A stretch of DNA of 64,000 nt from Prosthecobacter sp. (GCA_044370285.1 JBILVU010000002.1:22785-86784), one strand, 5' to 3'. Shown: positions 1 to 18,438, numbered from the stretch's first letter. Translations and numbers: made by a program. Notes: generated by a model not told the origin, from the sequence alone.

Positions 1-21
1 TGGCTTTAATCGTTTGAAGCC

Positions 22-267
22 ATGAGACTCGCCATCGCTCTGCTTCTGCAAATAGTGGCACTGTTTTTTGCCAATATTACAGTAGCAAAGGGAGGCTACG
101 ATACCGTTTTGACGCTCTCACTTCTGTTCACCTGCCTTGCTGGTTTGCTTTTGATCCAGCCCTTTCGTCTTGGAGGCATTGCGCAGAAGATCATGTGCCT
201 TTTGATCGCCCTTCCGAGCCTTTTCGTATTTGCTGAGTTCCTGGGGCGTGTTTCATTCCTTCGCTAG
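22..267 (+). CDS. small hydrophobic (membrane) protein, function unknown
   Basis: 81-aa ORF with 2-3 hydrophobic helices. No family recognised. Ends 2 nt before the hicA start. Confidence 0.35.
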   Translation: MRLAIALLLQIVALFFANITVAKGGYDTVLTLSLLFTCLAGLLLIQPFRLGGIAQKIMCLLIALPSLFVFAEFLGRVSFLR

Positions 268-269
268 CC

Positions 270-473
270 ATGCCCCGCAAAATTCGAGAACTCATCCGCG
301 ACCTGGAACAGGCGGGTTTTTACCTCGTCAAAGGCCAGGGCAAGGGTGATCACCGCAAGTTTCGGCATCCGAAAGTAGCCCGGTTCGTGATCCTTGATGG
401 ACGAGATGGGCAAGATGCGCATCATTACCAAGAGAAGCATGTCAAACAACGCATCCGGGAGACCAATGCATGA
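270..473 (+). CDS. hicA: HicA-family toxin (type II TA, mRNA interferase)
   Basis: 67-aa basic protein. KIRELIRDLEQAGFYLVKGQGKGDHRKFRHP fits the HicA/YcfA pattern. Its stop overlaps the next start (ATGA at 470-473). Confidence 0.75.
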   Translation: MPRKIRELIRDLEQAGFYLVKGQGKGDHRKFRHPKVARFVILDGRDGQDAHHYQEKHVKQRIRETNA

Positions 474-721
474 GAACACAAATCCAACGAGTCGCCGAAC
501 GCTATCTAAAGCTCGTCCGCTGGAGTGACGAGGATGGTGTCTTCGTAGGCAGCATCCCGGATCTGTGCGGGGATTGTTGTCACGGTGACACAGAGGCCGA
601 GGTCTATGAGAAGCTCGTCCTGATCGCCGAGGATCTGGTCGCGGATTACTTGGAAGAAGGTAGCACGCTGAAGCTCCCGCCCGTCTCCGTGCGGCCTATG
701 CGTGAACTCGTGGCCGCCTAA
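470..721 (+). CDS. hicB: HicB-family antitoxin (UPF0150 fold)
   Basis: 83 aa. WSDEDGVFVGSIPDLCGDCCHGDTEAEVYEKL fits the HicB signature (PdlpG...G.T.eEA). Translationally coupled to hicA. Confidence 0.7.
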   Translation: MRTQIQRVAERYLKLVRWSDEDGVFVGSIPDLCGDCCHGDTEAEVYEKLVLIAEDLVADYLEEGSTLKLPPVSVRPMRELVAA

Positions 722-827
722 GCTGCAAAGATGCACCCGCCGTGCATGTTTTGGCGTTCACTGTGCCAAAAGAGGCAAAGCGGGCGGTGGAAGCCAAGGG
801 ACGGTGGGAAGATTCGTTTGATGCTGC

Positions 828-1622
828 ATGTCACAGGCACGTCCCATTCTCTTTTTGCTCGCCGCAGTGGCGGTGATCACGGCGACATCGTTTTTCATCA
901 AACAGCCGGAACCTGCTCCGCGTAAGCCAGCGGCCAAAATGACTGAAAATCTCACGGCACCTGAGGTTTCGCCCGTCATTCCCATGGTCACGGCGGAGAT
1001 GAAGGATGGGAAGGTCCTCTTCGAGCAGGTTTGCTCGGCCTGCCACGGCATGGACGGCGGCGGGAAAGCGGAGTTGAAGTCGCCCGCCATTGCTTCGTTG
1101 CCGGAGTACTACGCGAAAAATCAGATCGCCAGCTTTCGTGAAGGCCGCCGGGGCCATCACCCGGAGGACACGCAGTCGTTTCTGATGGGCAGCATCGCCA
1201 AGCAGCTCACCGCAGCGCAAGCGGAGGCGGTGATCACGCACCTCACGAAAATGCCGCGCACCATCCCAGCAGAGATCGAAAAAGACTCGAAGGATGCGGA
1301 CCTCGCCAACGGCATGATGCTCTTCCAGGAGCGGTGCATGGAGTGCCATCGCTACAATGCAAGCGGCGAGATCGCCTTTGCCAGCCCTCCTTTGATCGGC
1401 CAGCAGGCGTGGTATCTGACGGAGCAGATCCACAAGTTCAAAGACGGGCGACGTGGCACGGTGAAGGGCGATGTGAATGGCGCGAAGATGGTGCTCTCGT
1501 CGAACTTCATCGAAGATAAGCAGATGCTGCGAGACATCGTGGCCTACATCGTCTCCCTCAATCCCAAGCCGGAAGGGGCGGCGGTGAAGGATGAGAGTCC
1601 CTTTGAGTCAGCCTCGCGATGA
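828..1622 (+). CDS. secreted dihaem c-type cytochrome
   Basis: N-terminal hydrophobic signal/anchor (ILFLLAAVAVITATSFF). Two CxxCH haem motifs (CSACH, CMECH) in two similar halves. Confidence 0.8.
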   Translation: MSQARPILFLLAAVAVITATSFFIKQPEPAPRKPAAKMTENLTAPEVSPVIPMVTAEMKDGKVLFEQVCSACHGMDGGGKAELKSPAIASLPEYYAKNQIASFREGRRGHHPEDTQSFLMGSIAKQLTAAQAEAVITHLTKMPRTIPAEIEKDSKDADLANGMMLFQERCMECHRYNASGEIAFASPPLIGQQAWYLTEQIHKFKDGRRGTVKGDVNGAKMVLSSNFIEDKQMLRDIVAYIVSLNPKPEGAAVKDESPFESASR

Positions 1623-2262
1623 ACCGCAGTCGTTGACACAGGGCGGCACGCATGCCAAACACGGCGCTTCCACACGCGCCGCATTGAAGTACCTCACGAT
1701 CATCCGCCACGCCAAATCCAGCTGGGATCAGCCGGGTGTGCCGGATCATGACCGGACGCTGAATGATCGTGGACGCCGGGCCGCACCCGCCGTGGCGGCC
1801 TTTCTCCACCGCACCTACTTCGGCGGCGGAGGCGGTGAAAAGCTCCTGCCATCACCGGATCGCCTCGTCAGTAGCACGGCTCAGCGTGCTCTGAACACCG
1901 CTCAAATCATGCGTGAGACCTTTGCGATGCCGGCCGAGAGCATGCTGCTCGATTCCAAGCTCTACCTAGCCCAACCGACGACGATCCTGGATTGCGTCCG
2001 CAACTTTGATGAAAAGTGGAATCACGTCTGCATCTTCGGCCACAATCCCGGACTGCATGAGTTTGCGGATAAAATCCTCGCCCGCGCCAGCGTGCCGAAA
2101 ATGCCCACTTGCACCGCCGTGCTGATGGCCCTGCCTCATGAGTTTTGGGGCCTTGCGGACTGGCAGGAAGCGCAGCTCATCGGCTACATCACGCCCAAGT
2201 CCCTCGAACGCCGCTTCCCGGAACTCTACGGCAACATCTCCCAAGGCGACGGGGACGATTGA
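1591..2262 (+). CDS. histidine phosphatase superfamily protein (SixA-like)
   Basis: LTIIRHAKSSW...DHDRTLNDRGRRAA...IFGHNPGL matches the RHG/H phosphatase motifs. The ORF start overlaps the cytochrome gene by 32 nt, so the true start may lie downstream. Confidence 0.7.
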   Translation: MRVPLSQPRDEPQSLTQGGTHAKHGASTRAALKYLTIIRHAKSSWDQPGVPDHDRTLNDRGRRAAPAVAAFLHRTYFGGGGGEKLLPSPDRLVSSTAQRALNTAQIMRETFAMPAESMLLDSKLYLAQPTTILDCVRNFDEKWNHVCIFGHNPGLHEFADKILARASVPKMPTCTAVLMALPHEFWGLADWQEAQLIGYITPKSLERRFPELYGNISQGDGDD

Positions 2263-2271
2263 TCCACGGGT

Positions 2272-3015
2272 TCACTCCGAGTGGATGCCGCAGATCTGCA
2301 GCACCATTCGGAAGATATTGCCGAATCGTGAGCCGTAGGGCCGTGCAGGCCGCAAAATGGGCCAGCCACGTTGTTTCGCCACCGGCTCCAGTTTGAGCGT
2401 GGGATGCACGCACACTGGGTTGCCGGTGAATTCGAGCAAAGGGAGATCGGCATGGCTGTCGGAGTAGCTCCAGCACTTCGCCCGCTCTTCATCAGTGAGT
2501 TCGAGAACCCCGGGCACATCGGCGCACATGGCGGTGATCTTCGCATCGCGCTTGTTATTGCCTCGCGGCAGTTTCGGCAACAGCGGCATCTTTTCTCCGA
2601 TCACCATTTTCGTGGCGATGCAGTGGTCAAACTCCAGCTCGCGGGCGATCTCGTGGGCGTAGAAATCCGGACTGGCGGTGTTGAGCACGAGGATGCGGTT
2701 CTGATGGCGATGACGCAGCATCTCAGCTCGCAGATCGGGGTAGGTCCAGCGCTCCACGCTCGTCGCGGCGAACTCGCGGGCGAGCTTTCGGAGTTCGTCC
2801 ACCGGCATGCCCCAGAGGTAGGCATTGAAGGCCCGCTTGGCCGTGTCCGTGCTGGCAAGGCGACAGGCCCGGGCGAGGGCGAAGGGGATGAAGAAGGCAT
2901 GCAAAAACACCCGCCAAGGCTGCCGGCGAAGCACAAAATTGCAGAACAGCGCCTGTGTGTCGAAAGGCAGCAGAGTGTGATCGAGGTCAAAAAAGGCAAA
3001 CTGTCGGGCGGGCAT
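2272..3015 (-). CDS. HAD-superfamily subfamily IB hydrolase
   Basis: FAFFDLDHTLLPFDTQ (DxDxT motif I) and a C-terminal SDSHADLPLL motif. I chose the Met at 3015 (MPARQFAFFDLD) rather than the ORF-track start at 3102. Confidence 0.7.
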   Translation of the reverse strand: MPARQFAFFDLDHTLLPFDTQALFCNFVLRRQPWRVFLHAFFIPFALARACRLASTDTAKRAFNAYLWGMPVDELRKLAREFAATSVERWTYPDLRAEMLRHRHQNRILVLNTASPDFYAHEIARELEFDHCIATKMVIGEKMPLLPKLPRGNNKRDAKITAMCADVPGVLELTDEERAKCWSYSDSHADLPLLEFTGNPVCVHPTLKLEPVAKQRGWPILRPARPYGSRFGNIFRMVLQICGIHSE

Positions 3016-3105
3016 GGGCGAATGACGGATGCAGTAGGGTAAATGTCGAACGAGAAAATCTGCCTTGTCTCCCGCCTTTCCGCACTGCAAGTCTCGCTCC
3101 AACTC

Positions 3106-4323
3106 ATGTCCTCACGCACCCTTCCAGTCCTGCCCGACGCCCACGGCCATTTCGGCAAATACGGTGGCATGTTCGTGCCCGAAACGCTCATGGCAGCCCT
3201 CACCGAGTTGTCCGATCATTATGAGAAGGCCAAGGCCGATCCCGCCTTCCACAAAGAGCTCGACGGCCTCCTCCACGAGTATGTCGGCCGCCCGACCCCG
3301 CTCTACTTTGCCGAACGCTGGACCGAGAAGCTCGGCGGAGCCAAAATTTATCTCAAACGCGAGGATTTGCTCCACACCGGCGCCCACAAGATCAACAATG
3401 CCCTCGGCCAGATCCTACTGGCACGGCGTCTCGGCAAAAACCGAATCATTGCCGAGACCGGAGCTGGTCAGCACGGTGTGGCCACTGCGACAGTTTGCGC
3501 CCGCTTTGGCTTCGATTGCACGATTTACATGGGGAAGGTCGATATGGAACGCCAGGCCCTCAATGTGGCCCGCATGCGTTTCCTCGGTGCGAAGGTCGTC
3601 GCCGTCACTGCTGGCCAAGCAACGCTCAAAGAGGCCGTAAACGAGGCCATGCGCGATTGGGTGACGAACGTACGCAATACGCACTACATCCTCGGCTCCG
3701 CCCTCGGCTCCCATCCCTTCCCGATGATCGTGCGTGATTTCCACCGCATCATCGGCGTGGAGGCTCGTCGGCAGATTTTGGAGCGTGAAGAACGCCTTCC
3801 CGACCTCCTTGTGGCTTGTGTGGGCGGCGGCAGCAATTCCATCGGCCTCTTCCATCCCTTCCTGAACGACAAGGATGTGCGCATGACCGGCGTGGAAGCC
3901 GGTGGCGACGGCATCATCCCCGAGCGCCACGCTGCCCGCTTCCAAGGCGGACGCCTCGGCGTGCTCCAGGGAACCAAAACCTGGCTCCTCGCCAATCCTG
4001 ATGGTCAAATCGAGCTCACCCACAGCGTGAGCGCCGGGCTCGACTACGCCGCCATCGGCCCCGAGCACGCTTGGTTGCACGATGAAGGCCGCGTGACCTA
4101 CAACTACGCCACCGACTCCGAAGCGCTCGCTGGTTTCCAGGAGCTCAGCCAAATTGAAGGCATCATCCCCGCCCTCGAAAGCTCCCACGCCATCGCCGAA
4201 GTCAAAAAAGTGGCTCCCACGATGCGAAAAGATCAAATCATCCTCGTGAACCTCAGCGGCCGTGGAGACAAAGACGTGGCCCAGGCGGCACGAATGATCT
4301 TTGGTGAGGAATTGAAATTCTGA
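3106..4323 (+). CDS. trpB: tryptophan synthase beta chain
   Basis: [33 protein letters not shown] (PLP lysine) and GGGSNSIG. Start set at MSSRTLPVL (3106). No trpA follows. Confidence 0.95.
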   Translation: MSSRTLPVLPDAHGHFGKYGGMFVPETLMAALTELSDHYEKAKADPAFHKELDGLLHEYVGRPTPLYFAERWTEKLGGAKIYLKREDLLHTGAHKINNALGQILLARRLGKNRIIAETGAGQHGVATATVCARFGFDCTIYMGKVDMERQALNVARMRFLGAKVVAVTAGQATLKEAVNEAMRDWVTNVRNTHYILGSALGSHPFPMIVRDFHRIIGVEARRQILEREERLPDLLVACVGGGSNSIGLFHPFLNDKDVRMTGVEAGGDGIIPERHAARFQGGRLGVLQGTKTWLLANPDGQIELTHSVSAGLDYAAIGPEHAWLHDEGRVTYNYATDSEALAGFQELSQIEGIIPALESSHAIAEVKKVAPTMRKDQIILVNLSGRGDKDVAQAARMIFGEELKF

Positions 4324-4327
4324 CGGC

Positions 4328-5041
4328 ATGAAGGCGTGGCTAACGGTTCTCTGCGCCTGTGTTTTCTCTTTCGAAAGCACTCAAGCAGAGACCAAACGCA
4401 TCCACGTCTTCGTCGCTCTGGCCGACAACGAGCATCAGGGCATCTCCAAGGTGCCGCCAAAGATCGGCAACGGTGATGATGCGGCGAACAATCTCTACTG
4501 GGGAACCACCGACGGATTCAAATCCGTTTTTGGCCGCAGCAAGGCATGGAAACTCGAGAAGACTGAGGAAAACCCCACATCACAGATTCTCGAGCGCCGC
4601 AGCTACCGCCACACCTCGAAGGATTGCGTGCTCGTGGCCGAGGCTTGGGGTGGAAAGAACATTCACCCGTGCCTCGAAGCCTTTTTCGCGAACCTGCGCG
4701 ACCGCCAAAGCGATCTCAGCGCCTTCATCGGTCACAACGGCCTCATGGATGGGCCTTTGACCGTTTCACCCCTGGACACCGCGACCTCGACGGACGCCAT
4801 CGTCCTCTGCTGCATGAGCGCAGGTTGGTTTAAACAGTATCTCGAAGCCCTCAAAGCCCGCCCGGTGCTCACCACCGAGCAGTTCATGTATCCCGGCTCC
4901 TTTCTGCTGCGTGATGCACTCGATGTCTGGCTGCGCGGCGGCCCGCGTTCCGACATTCGGATGGCTGCTGCCCGTGCGTATGCGGCGAATCAGAAAATCT
5001 CCGTGAAGGCTGCCGAGGGCGTGTTTACCAAGCTGGAGTGA
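4328..5041 (+). CDS. secreted hypothetical protein
   Basis: 237-aa ORF with an N-terminal signal-like segment (MKAWLTVLCACVFSFESTQA). Protein-like composition. No family recognised. Confidence 0.5.
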   Translation: MKAWLTVLCACVFSFESTQAETKRIHVFVALADNEHQGISKVPPKIGNGDDAANNLYWGTTDGFKSVFGRSKAWKLEKTEENPTSQILERRSYRHTSKDCVLVAEAWGGKNIHPCLEAFFANLRDRQSDLSAFIGHNGLMDGPLTVSPLDTATSTDAIVLCCMSAGWFKQYLEALKARPVLTTEQFMYPGSFLLRDALDVWLRGGPRSDIRMAAARAYAANQKISVKAAEGVFTKLE

Positions 5042-5052
5042 TACGAAAGCAA

Positions 5053-5088
5053 GATCGGACCGATCCGTCCGATCAGACCAATCCCCGC
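5053..5088. repeat. 9-bp-period tandem repeat GATCNGNCC (about 3.5 copies)
   Basis: gatcggacc gatccgtcc gatcagacc aatccccgc. Intergenic. Three GATC sites spaced 9 bp apart. Confidence 0.7.
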
Positions 5089-5090
5089 CC

Positions 5091-5128
5091 AAAAAAACCG
5101 CCTCCGGCTTTTGAGGCTCGGAGGCGGT
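5091..5128 (-). terminator. rho-independent terminator of the rpoBC operon
   Basis: On the minus strand, 9-bp GC stem CCGCCTCCG/CGGAGGCGG (5098-5106 / 5119-5127) followed by a T7 tract (A7 on plus, 5091-5097). Lies 23 nt after the rpoC stop. Confidence 0.7.
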
Positions 5129-5150
5129 GTGGGGATGGTTACAGGGCTGA

Positions 5151-9275
<4,125 letters not shown>

Positions 9276-9333
9276 GATGGTGATGAGTTAGGAGGTTGCT
9301 GCTTGTTCTTCTGTTCTTTGGGAATGCGGCGGA

Positions 9334-13203
<3,870 letters not shown>

Positions 13204-13609
13204 GGGACGAGAGGACGGGTTTTGGGACAATTTGGGGTGGCAAAATGCGCTGTGCGCGGCGGAATTCAGACGACGAGGCTGAACTCGGCCGCACACGGCG
13301 GGAAGATCGCACTTTCACCAAAAAACACGGTTGAAGCCGTGATACCGGTGAAGGCGAAGTAGGGCGCAAAACGGCTCGAATCGCACGAAAACCCTTCCGC
13401 ACGGTCAAAACCGCGCTGGGAGAGATTTTCGGAGAAAGAGCCTGTCATGCTATGGATGGGATTTTTTCGGGGGAAAAGCCTATTACGATATTTAAGGGAA
13501 TCGAAAAAGGCTTTTTGAGTTTTCGGGCCGATCAGGACCGCGTGGGGAGTACTTTATACTGCCGCCACGCGGCCAAAGAGCGTATGTCGGTTGAAGGACC
13601 AGACCGGGA

Positions 13610-13987
13610 TTACTTGATCTCGACCTTGGCACCAGCGGCTTCCATCTTCTTTTTGATCTCTTCCGCTTCTTCCTTCTTGACGCCTTCTTTGAGCTTCTGC
13701 GGAGCGCTCTCGACGAGCTTCTTCGCTTCAGCAAGGCCAAGGCCCGGGACGACGCCACGGACTTCTTTGATGACGCCAATCTTGTTCGCGCCAGCATCGG
13801 TAAGGATAACGTCAAACTCGGTCTTCTCCTCAACGGCCGCAACAGCGGCACCACCACCGGCTCCAGCGGCAGCGACAGGAGCAGCGGCGCTCACGCCCCA
13901 CTTCTCTTCGAGGGTTTTGACGAGGGTGGAAACTTCGAGGACGGTCAAGCCACTCAGTTCTTCAACGATTTTGTTCAGGTCAGCCAT
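13610..13987 (-). CDS. rplL: 50S ribosomal protein L7/L12
   Basis: 125 aa. [32 protein letters not shown], an Ala-rich hinge, and a C-terminal [10 protein letters not shown]...AGAKVEIK. Confidence 0.97.
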   Translation of the reverse strand: MADLNKIVEELSGLTVLEVSTLVKTLEEKWGVSAAAPVAAAGAGGGAAVAAVEEKTEFDVILTDAGANKIGVIKEVRGVVPGLGLAEAKKLVESAPQKLKEGVKKEEAEEIKKKMEAAGAKVEIK

Positions 13988-14130
13988 ATTAGTGTGTCGG
14001 TATCGCCGCTTTCCGAAGCATCGGAGGGTTTAAGAGCAAATGCTTTTGCCCCGGCAAGGAACCATTAGGTGTTTATGTGTTCAAGCCGTGTGACGGGCTA
14101 TCAGGTCAAATTTGATGTGTTTGTAATGAG

Positions 14131-14700
14131 TTAAGCAGCGACGGCTTCAGCAGGGGCCGCCTCGGCGGGGGCAGGAGCCTCCGCTGGAGCTTCAGCAGGA
14201 GAGGAAGCATCTGCTGGACCACCGTCCTTCTCTGCCTTGGCCTTGAGGGCACGGGCAAGAGCGGAGCCGGGAGCCTGCAAGACGCCAAGAAGCATCGAGT
14301 AAAGGACTTCGCGGGAGGGCAGATCAGCAAGAGCCTTGATGGTGGCGACATCGAGCAGCTTGCCGTCAAGCACGCCAGCCTTCATCACCGGCTTCTCGAA
14401 TTCGGCGGCAAAGTTCTTCATGATCTTCGCGGTGGCGAAGATTTCTTTGACGCCAGTGACGAAGGCACTCTGGCCGGTCAGGTGAGTGCTAAGGTCATCC
14501 GGGTAACCTGCTTTTTCAGCAGCTTTACGAACGAGGTTATTTTTGAAGACGTGGATTTCGGCTCCGACTGCGCCGAGGCGCTTACGAAGTTCGGCAAACT
14601 TATCCACTTTGAGGCCAGTGTAATCGACGACGAGCAAGAACGGCGAGGCGTTCACGCGGCGCAGGACGTCTTCGATGAGCAGTGTTTTTTCAGCATTCAT
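14131..14700 (-). CDS. rplJ: 50S ribosomal protein L10
   Basis: 189 aa in the conserved position between rplA and rplL. L10-like N-terminal domain. Carries an Ala/Pro/Glu-rich C-terminal tail. Confidence 0.93.
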   Translation of the reverse strand: MNAEKTLLIEDVLRRVNASPFLLVVDYTGLKVDKFAELRKRLGAVGAEIHVFKNNLVRKAAEKAGYPDDLSTHLTGQSAFVTGVKEIFATAKIMKNFAAEFEKPVMKAGVLDGKLLDVATIKALADLPSREVLYSMLLGVLQAPGSALARALKAKAEKDGGPADASSPAEAPAEAPAPAEAAPAEAVAA

Positions 14701-14720
14701 GGGTCAGGTCTGCGCGGAGT

Positions 14721-15419
14721 TTAGAGTTTGATGTACTTAGAGACGTCGATGCGCACAGCGGGGCTCATCGTGGACGCCAGTGTGATGGTCTCGACATAGC
14801 GACCGCGAGCGGAGGCAGGCTTTGCACGCGAAACGGCCTCAATGAGGCTGCGTGCGTTGTCGGCGAGCTGCGAGACATCGAAATTCACTTTGCCAATCCC
14901 GGAGGCTATGTTGCCATTTTTGTCGAGCTTGAAGTCAGCACGACCAGCCTTGACGGCTTTCACCGCGCCGGCGGTGTCGTCCGTGACAGTGCCCGTGCGT
15001 GGATTGGGCATCAAACCACGAGGACCGAGTTGTTTACCGAGTTTACGGACTTCATTCATCGCAGCAGGAGTGGCGATGGCGACATCGAAATCCGTGAAGC
15101 CTTCTTTGACCTTGGCGATCAAATCTTCGTAGCCGACGATTTCAGCACCGGCGGCTTTGGCAGCCTCAGCAGCATTACCAACGGCGAACACGGCGACACG
15201 AACCGACTTACCAGAGCCATGAGGGAGCGGGCAAGTGCCGCGAACCATTTGGTCTGACTTCTTCGGATCGACACCCATGCGGAAAGAAAGGGTGACGGTC
15301 TGGTTGAACTTGGTGCCAGGGAGCTTACGGAGCAGGTCAGCGGCTTCCTCAAGCGAGAATAGCTTTCCTGCCGGGATCATCTCGGCGGCTTTTTTGTAGC
15401 GTTTGCTTCGGGTTTGCAT
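14721..15419 (-). CDS. rplA: 50S ribosomal protein L1
   Basis: 232 aa. KRYKKAAE..., RGTCPLPHGSGKSVRVAVF and LGPRGLMPNPRTGTVT. Confidence 0.97.
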   Translation of the reverse strand: MQTRSKRYKKAAEMIPAGKLFSLEEAADLLRKLPGTKFNQTVTLSFRMGVDPKKSDQMVRGTCPLPHGSGKSVRVAVFAVGNAAEAAKAAGAEIVGYEDLIAKVKEGFTDFDVAIATPAAMNEVRKLGKQLGPRGLMPNPRTGTVTDDTAGAVKAVKAGRADFKLDKNGNIASGIGKVNFDVSQLADNARSLIEAVSRAKPASARGRYVETITLASTMSPAVRIDVSKYIKL

Positions 15420-15481
15420 GGTGGGGGGCAGTGTTGACGAACGGGTGTGTTCTCCTGCGGTGGGTTTGGGGTGGGAAAAGA

Positions 15482-15907
15482 TTAATCGGTGATTTCGATA
15501 CCCATCTGGCGGGCGGTGCCAGCCATGATGCGGGAGGCATGCTCGAGATCCTGCGTGTTGAGGTCAGCGAGTTTCAGCTTGGTGGCCTCAAGGAGCTGGG
15601 CCTTGCTGATTTTGGCGACTTTCTTCTTATTCGCCTCACCGGAGCCAGAAGCGATGTTCGCCACCTTCTTGAGAAGGTTTGAGGCAGGAGGCTGCTTGGT
15701 GATGAAGGTGAAGGATTTGTCTTTGTAAACAGTGATGATCGTGGGGAGCACATCACCGCCTGCCTTCTGAGTGGCCGCATTGAACTCTTTGCAGAAGGCC
15801 ATGATGTTCACGCCGGCCTGGCCGAGGGCGGGACCGATTGGCGGAGCGGGGTTTGCCGCGCCGGCTTTGATCTGCAATTTGATTTGTTTGACGATTTCTT
15901 TGGCCAT
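15482..15907 (-). CDS. rplK: 50S ribosomal protein L11
   Basis: 141 aa. [35 protein letters not shown]. Confidence 0.97.
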   Translation of the reverse strand: MAKEIVKQIKLQIKAGAANPAPPIGPALGQAGVNIMAFCKEFNAATQKAGGDVLPTIITVYKDKSFTFITKQPPASNLLKKVANIASGSGEANKKKVAKISKAQLLEATKLKLADLNTQDLEHASRIMAGTARQMGIEITD

Positions 15908-15973
15908 GTCTGGGGGTCCTTAGGTTTTTTGTGTTCTGGGAATGGTTTCGGCGAAGCAATGCGGGAGAAGAAT

Positions 15974-16552
15974 TTAAGCGGCATCGGCCTTCTCGACCTG
16001 CCAATACTCGAGATCGACAGGGGTAGAACGTCCGAAGATATTGACCGAGACACGCAGCACGCCGCGCTCGGGATCGATCTCCTCGACAGTTCCAATCTGG
16101 CTCTCGAACGGACCGTCGGCCACGCGAACGCTATCACCTGGGCTGAAGGCGATTTTCGGAACAGCCCCCTCTTCTTTTTCGCGTGCCTGTGCCAGCATGG
16201 CATCCACGTCACGCTCGCGCATGGGCATGGGATTGTCTTTGCCGCTAGCGAAGTTGAGCACGCCATCAGTCTCTTTGATGAAGTACCAGGAGCGATCAAT
16301 GATCCTGTTGTGTTCATCCAGCAGGTGGCAGTTCACAAAGACGTAACCTGGATAGTACTTACGGTTGTGCTCGCTGCGCTTGCCTTTCTTGACCTCGGAG
16401 ACTCTCTCCATGGGTACAAGGACGCTAAAAACATGGTCGCCCATCTCTTCGGTCTGGATGCGGCGTAGCATGTTCTCACGAACCTTGTTTTCAAGGCCGG
16501 AGCGAACATGAATCGCATACCACTGATCTTTTGCGGCGGGGATGGCTGCCAT
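15974..16552 (-). CDS. nusG: transcription termination/antitermination factor NusG
   Basis: 192 aa. NGN domain (WYAIHVRSGLENKV) and C-terminal KOW (GDSVRVADGPFESQIGTVEEID). Conserved secE-nusG-rplK context. Confidence 0.95.
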   Translation of the reverse strand: MAAIPAAKDQWYAIHVRSGLENKVRENMLRRIQTEEMGDHVFSVLVPMERVSEVKKGKRSEHNRKYYPGYVFVNCHLLDEHNRIIDRSWYFIKETDGVLNFASGKDNPMPMRERDVDAMLAQAREKEEGAVPKIAFSPGDSVRVADGPFESQIGTVEEIDPERGVLRVSVNIFGRSTPVDLEYWQVEKADAA

Positions 16553-16614
16553 GGTTAAAGGGTCGGAGGCGGGTGAGGGGGACGAAATAATGCCGGATAG
16601 CCCCGGCGGGCATA

Positions 16615-16836
16615 CTACTTACCAAACCAAGACTGGGCAGCTTGGAATGCTTCGCGGAACGACACGTCAAAGACAGCGACGAATGCTCCGAGCAAAATCA
16701 TCGCGATGAAGACCACCACAGTGGATTCATTCAGTTCACGATATTTGGCGAAACCCTTTTCTTTCGGGTCCCAGGGCCAGGTGGCTTTTCTCAATTCGAG
16801 GAAGACCTCGCTGAGATATTTGCGGATTTTGCTCAT
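16615..16836 (-). CDS. secE: preprotein translocase subunit SecE
   Basis: Start set at MSKIRKYLSEVFLELRKATWP (16836), giving 73 aa with one C-terminal TM helix. The longer ORF-track version (to 17049) would overlap tRNA-Trp. Confidence 0.85.
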   Translation of the reverse strand: MSKIRKYLSEVFLELRKATWPWDPKEKGFAKYRELNESTVVVFIAMILLGAFVAVFDVSFREAFQAAQSWFGK

Positions 16837-16885
16837 GAAGCGTGACGTGTGAGGCGGATTTGCAGATGATTCGTGATTTCTTCGC

Positions 16886-16961
16886 TGGCAGGCCAGGAGG
16901 GACTCGAACCCCCAACCGACGGTTTTGGAGACCGCTACTCTACCAATTGAGCTACTGACCT
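16886..16961 (-). tRNA. tRNA-Trp (anticodon CCA)
   Basis: The reverse complement folds as AGGTCAG/CTGGCCT acceptor, GCTC..GAGT D arm, anticodon loop CTCCAAA, T arm GGGGG-TTCGAGT-CCCTC, with encoded CCA. Classic tuf-tRNA(Trp)-secE position. Confidence 0.9.
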
Positions 16962-17105
16962 TTGTAAGCGAAGACGCTTCCCGAAAAGGATAGCGAGGAA
17001 TATCGATTCTAGCAAGCTCGTCCCTGCTTTCGCCGGGAGATGAGATCACCGCCGGGCCTGACGCCAGACCCGGCGGGACTCAAACAAACGAACTTGCGCG
17101 GAGGC

Positions 17106-18290
<1,185 letters not shown>

Positions 18291-18363
18291 GTGGGTGGGT
18301 GAGGGGGTGCGCTTGTGTTCGTTTGTTGATTGTCGAAGGACCCCGTCGCAAAAAAGCAGCCGC

Positions 18364-18438
18364 TGGAGCTGTTAGAGGGACTTGAACCCTCGACCTCGTC
18401 CTTACCAAGGACGTGCTCTACCACTGAGCTATAACAGC
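18364..18438 (-). tRNA. tRNA-Thr (anticodon GGU)
   Basis: The reverse complement is GCTGTTA TA GCTC AGTGGTA GAGC A CGTCC TTGGTAA GGACG AGGTC GAGGG TTCAAGT CCCTC TAACAGC T CCA. Lies upstream of tuf, as in many bacteria. Confidence 0.88.

Noticed and set aside
3106-4323. trpB without an adjacent trpA, considered as a possible oddity
   Set aside because: The sequence is an ordinary TrpB1-type enzyme with all motifs. Split trp genes are common, and trpA is probably elsewhere. Not treated as a finding.
13452-14033. 193-aa plus-strand ORF over rplL and its downstream spacer
   Set aside because: It is the antisense of L7/L12 and has a Ser/Ala/Phe-rich low-complexity product.
16837-17049. N-terminal 71 codons of the 144-aa ORF containing secE
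   Set aside because: The extension overlaps tRNA-Trp (16886-16961) on the same strand and has no SecE similarity. The internal Met at 16836 gives a normal-length SecE.
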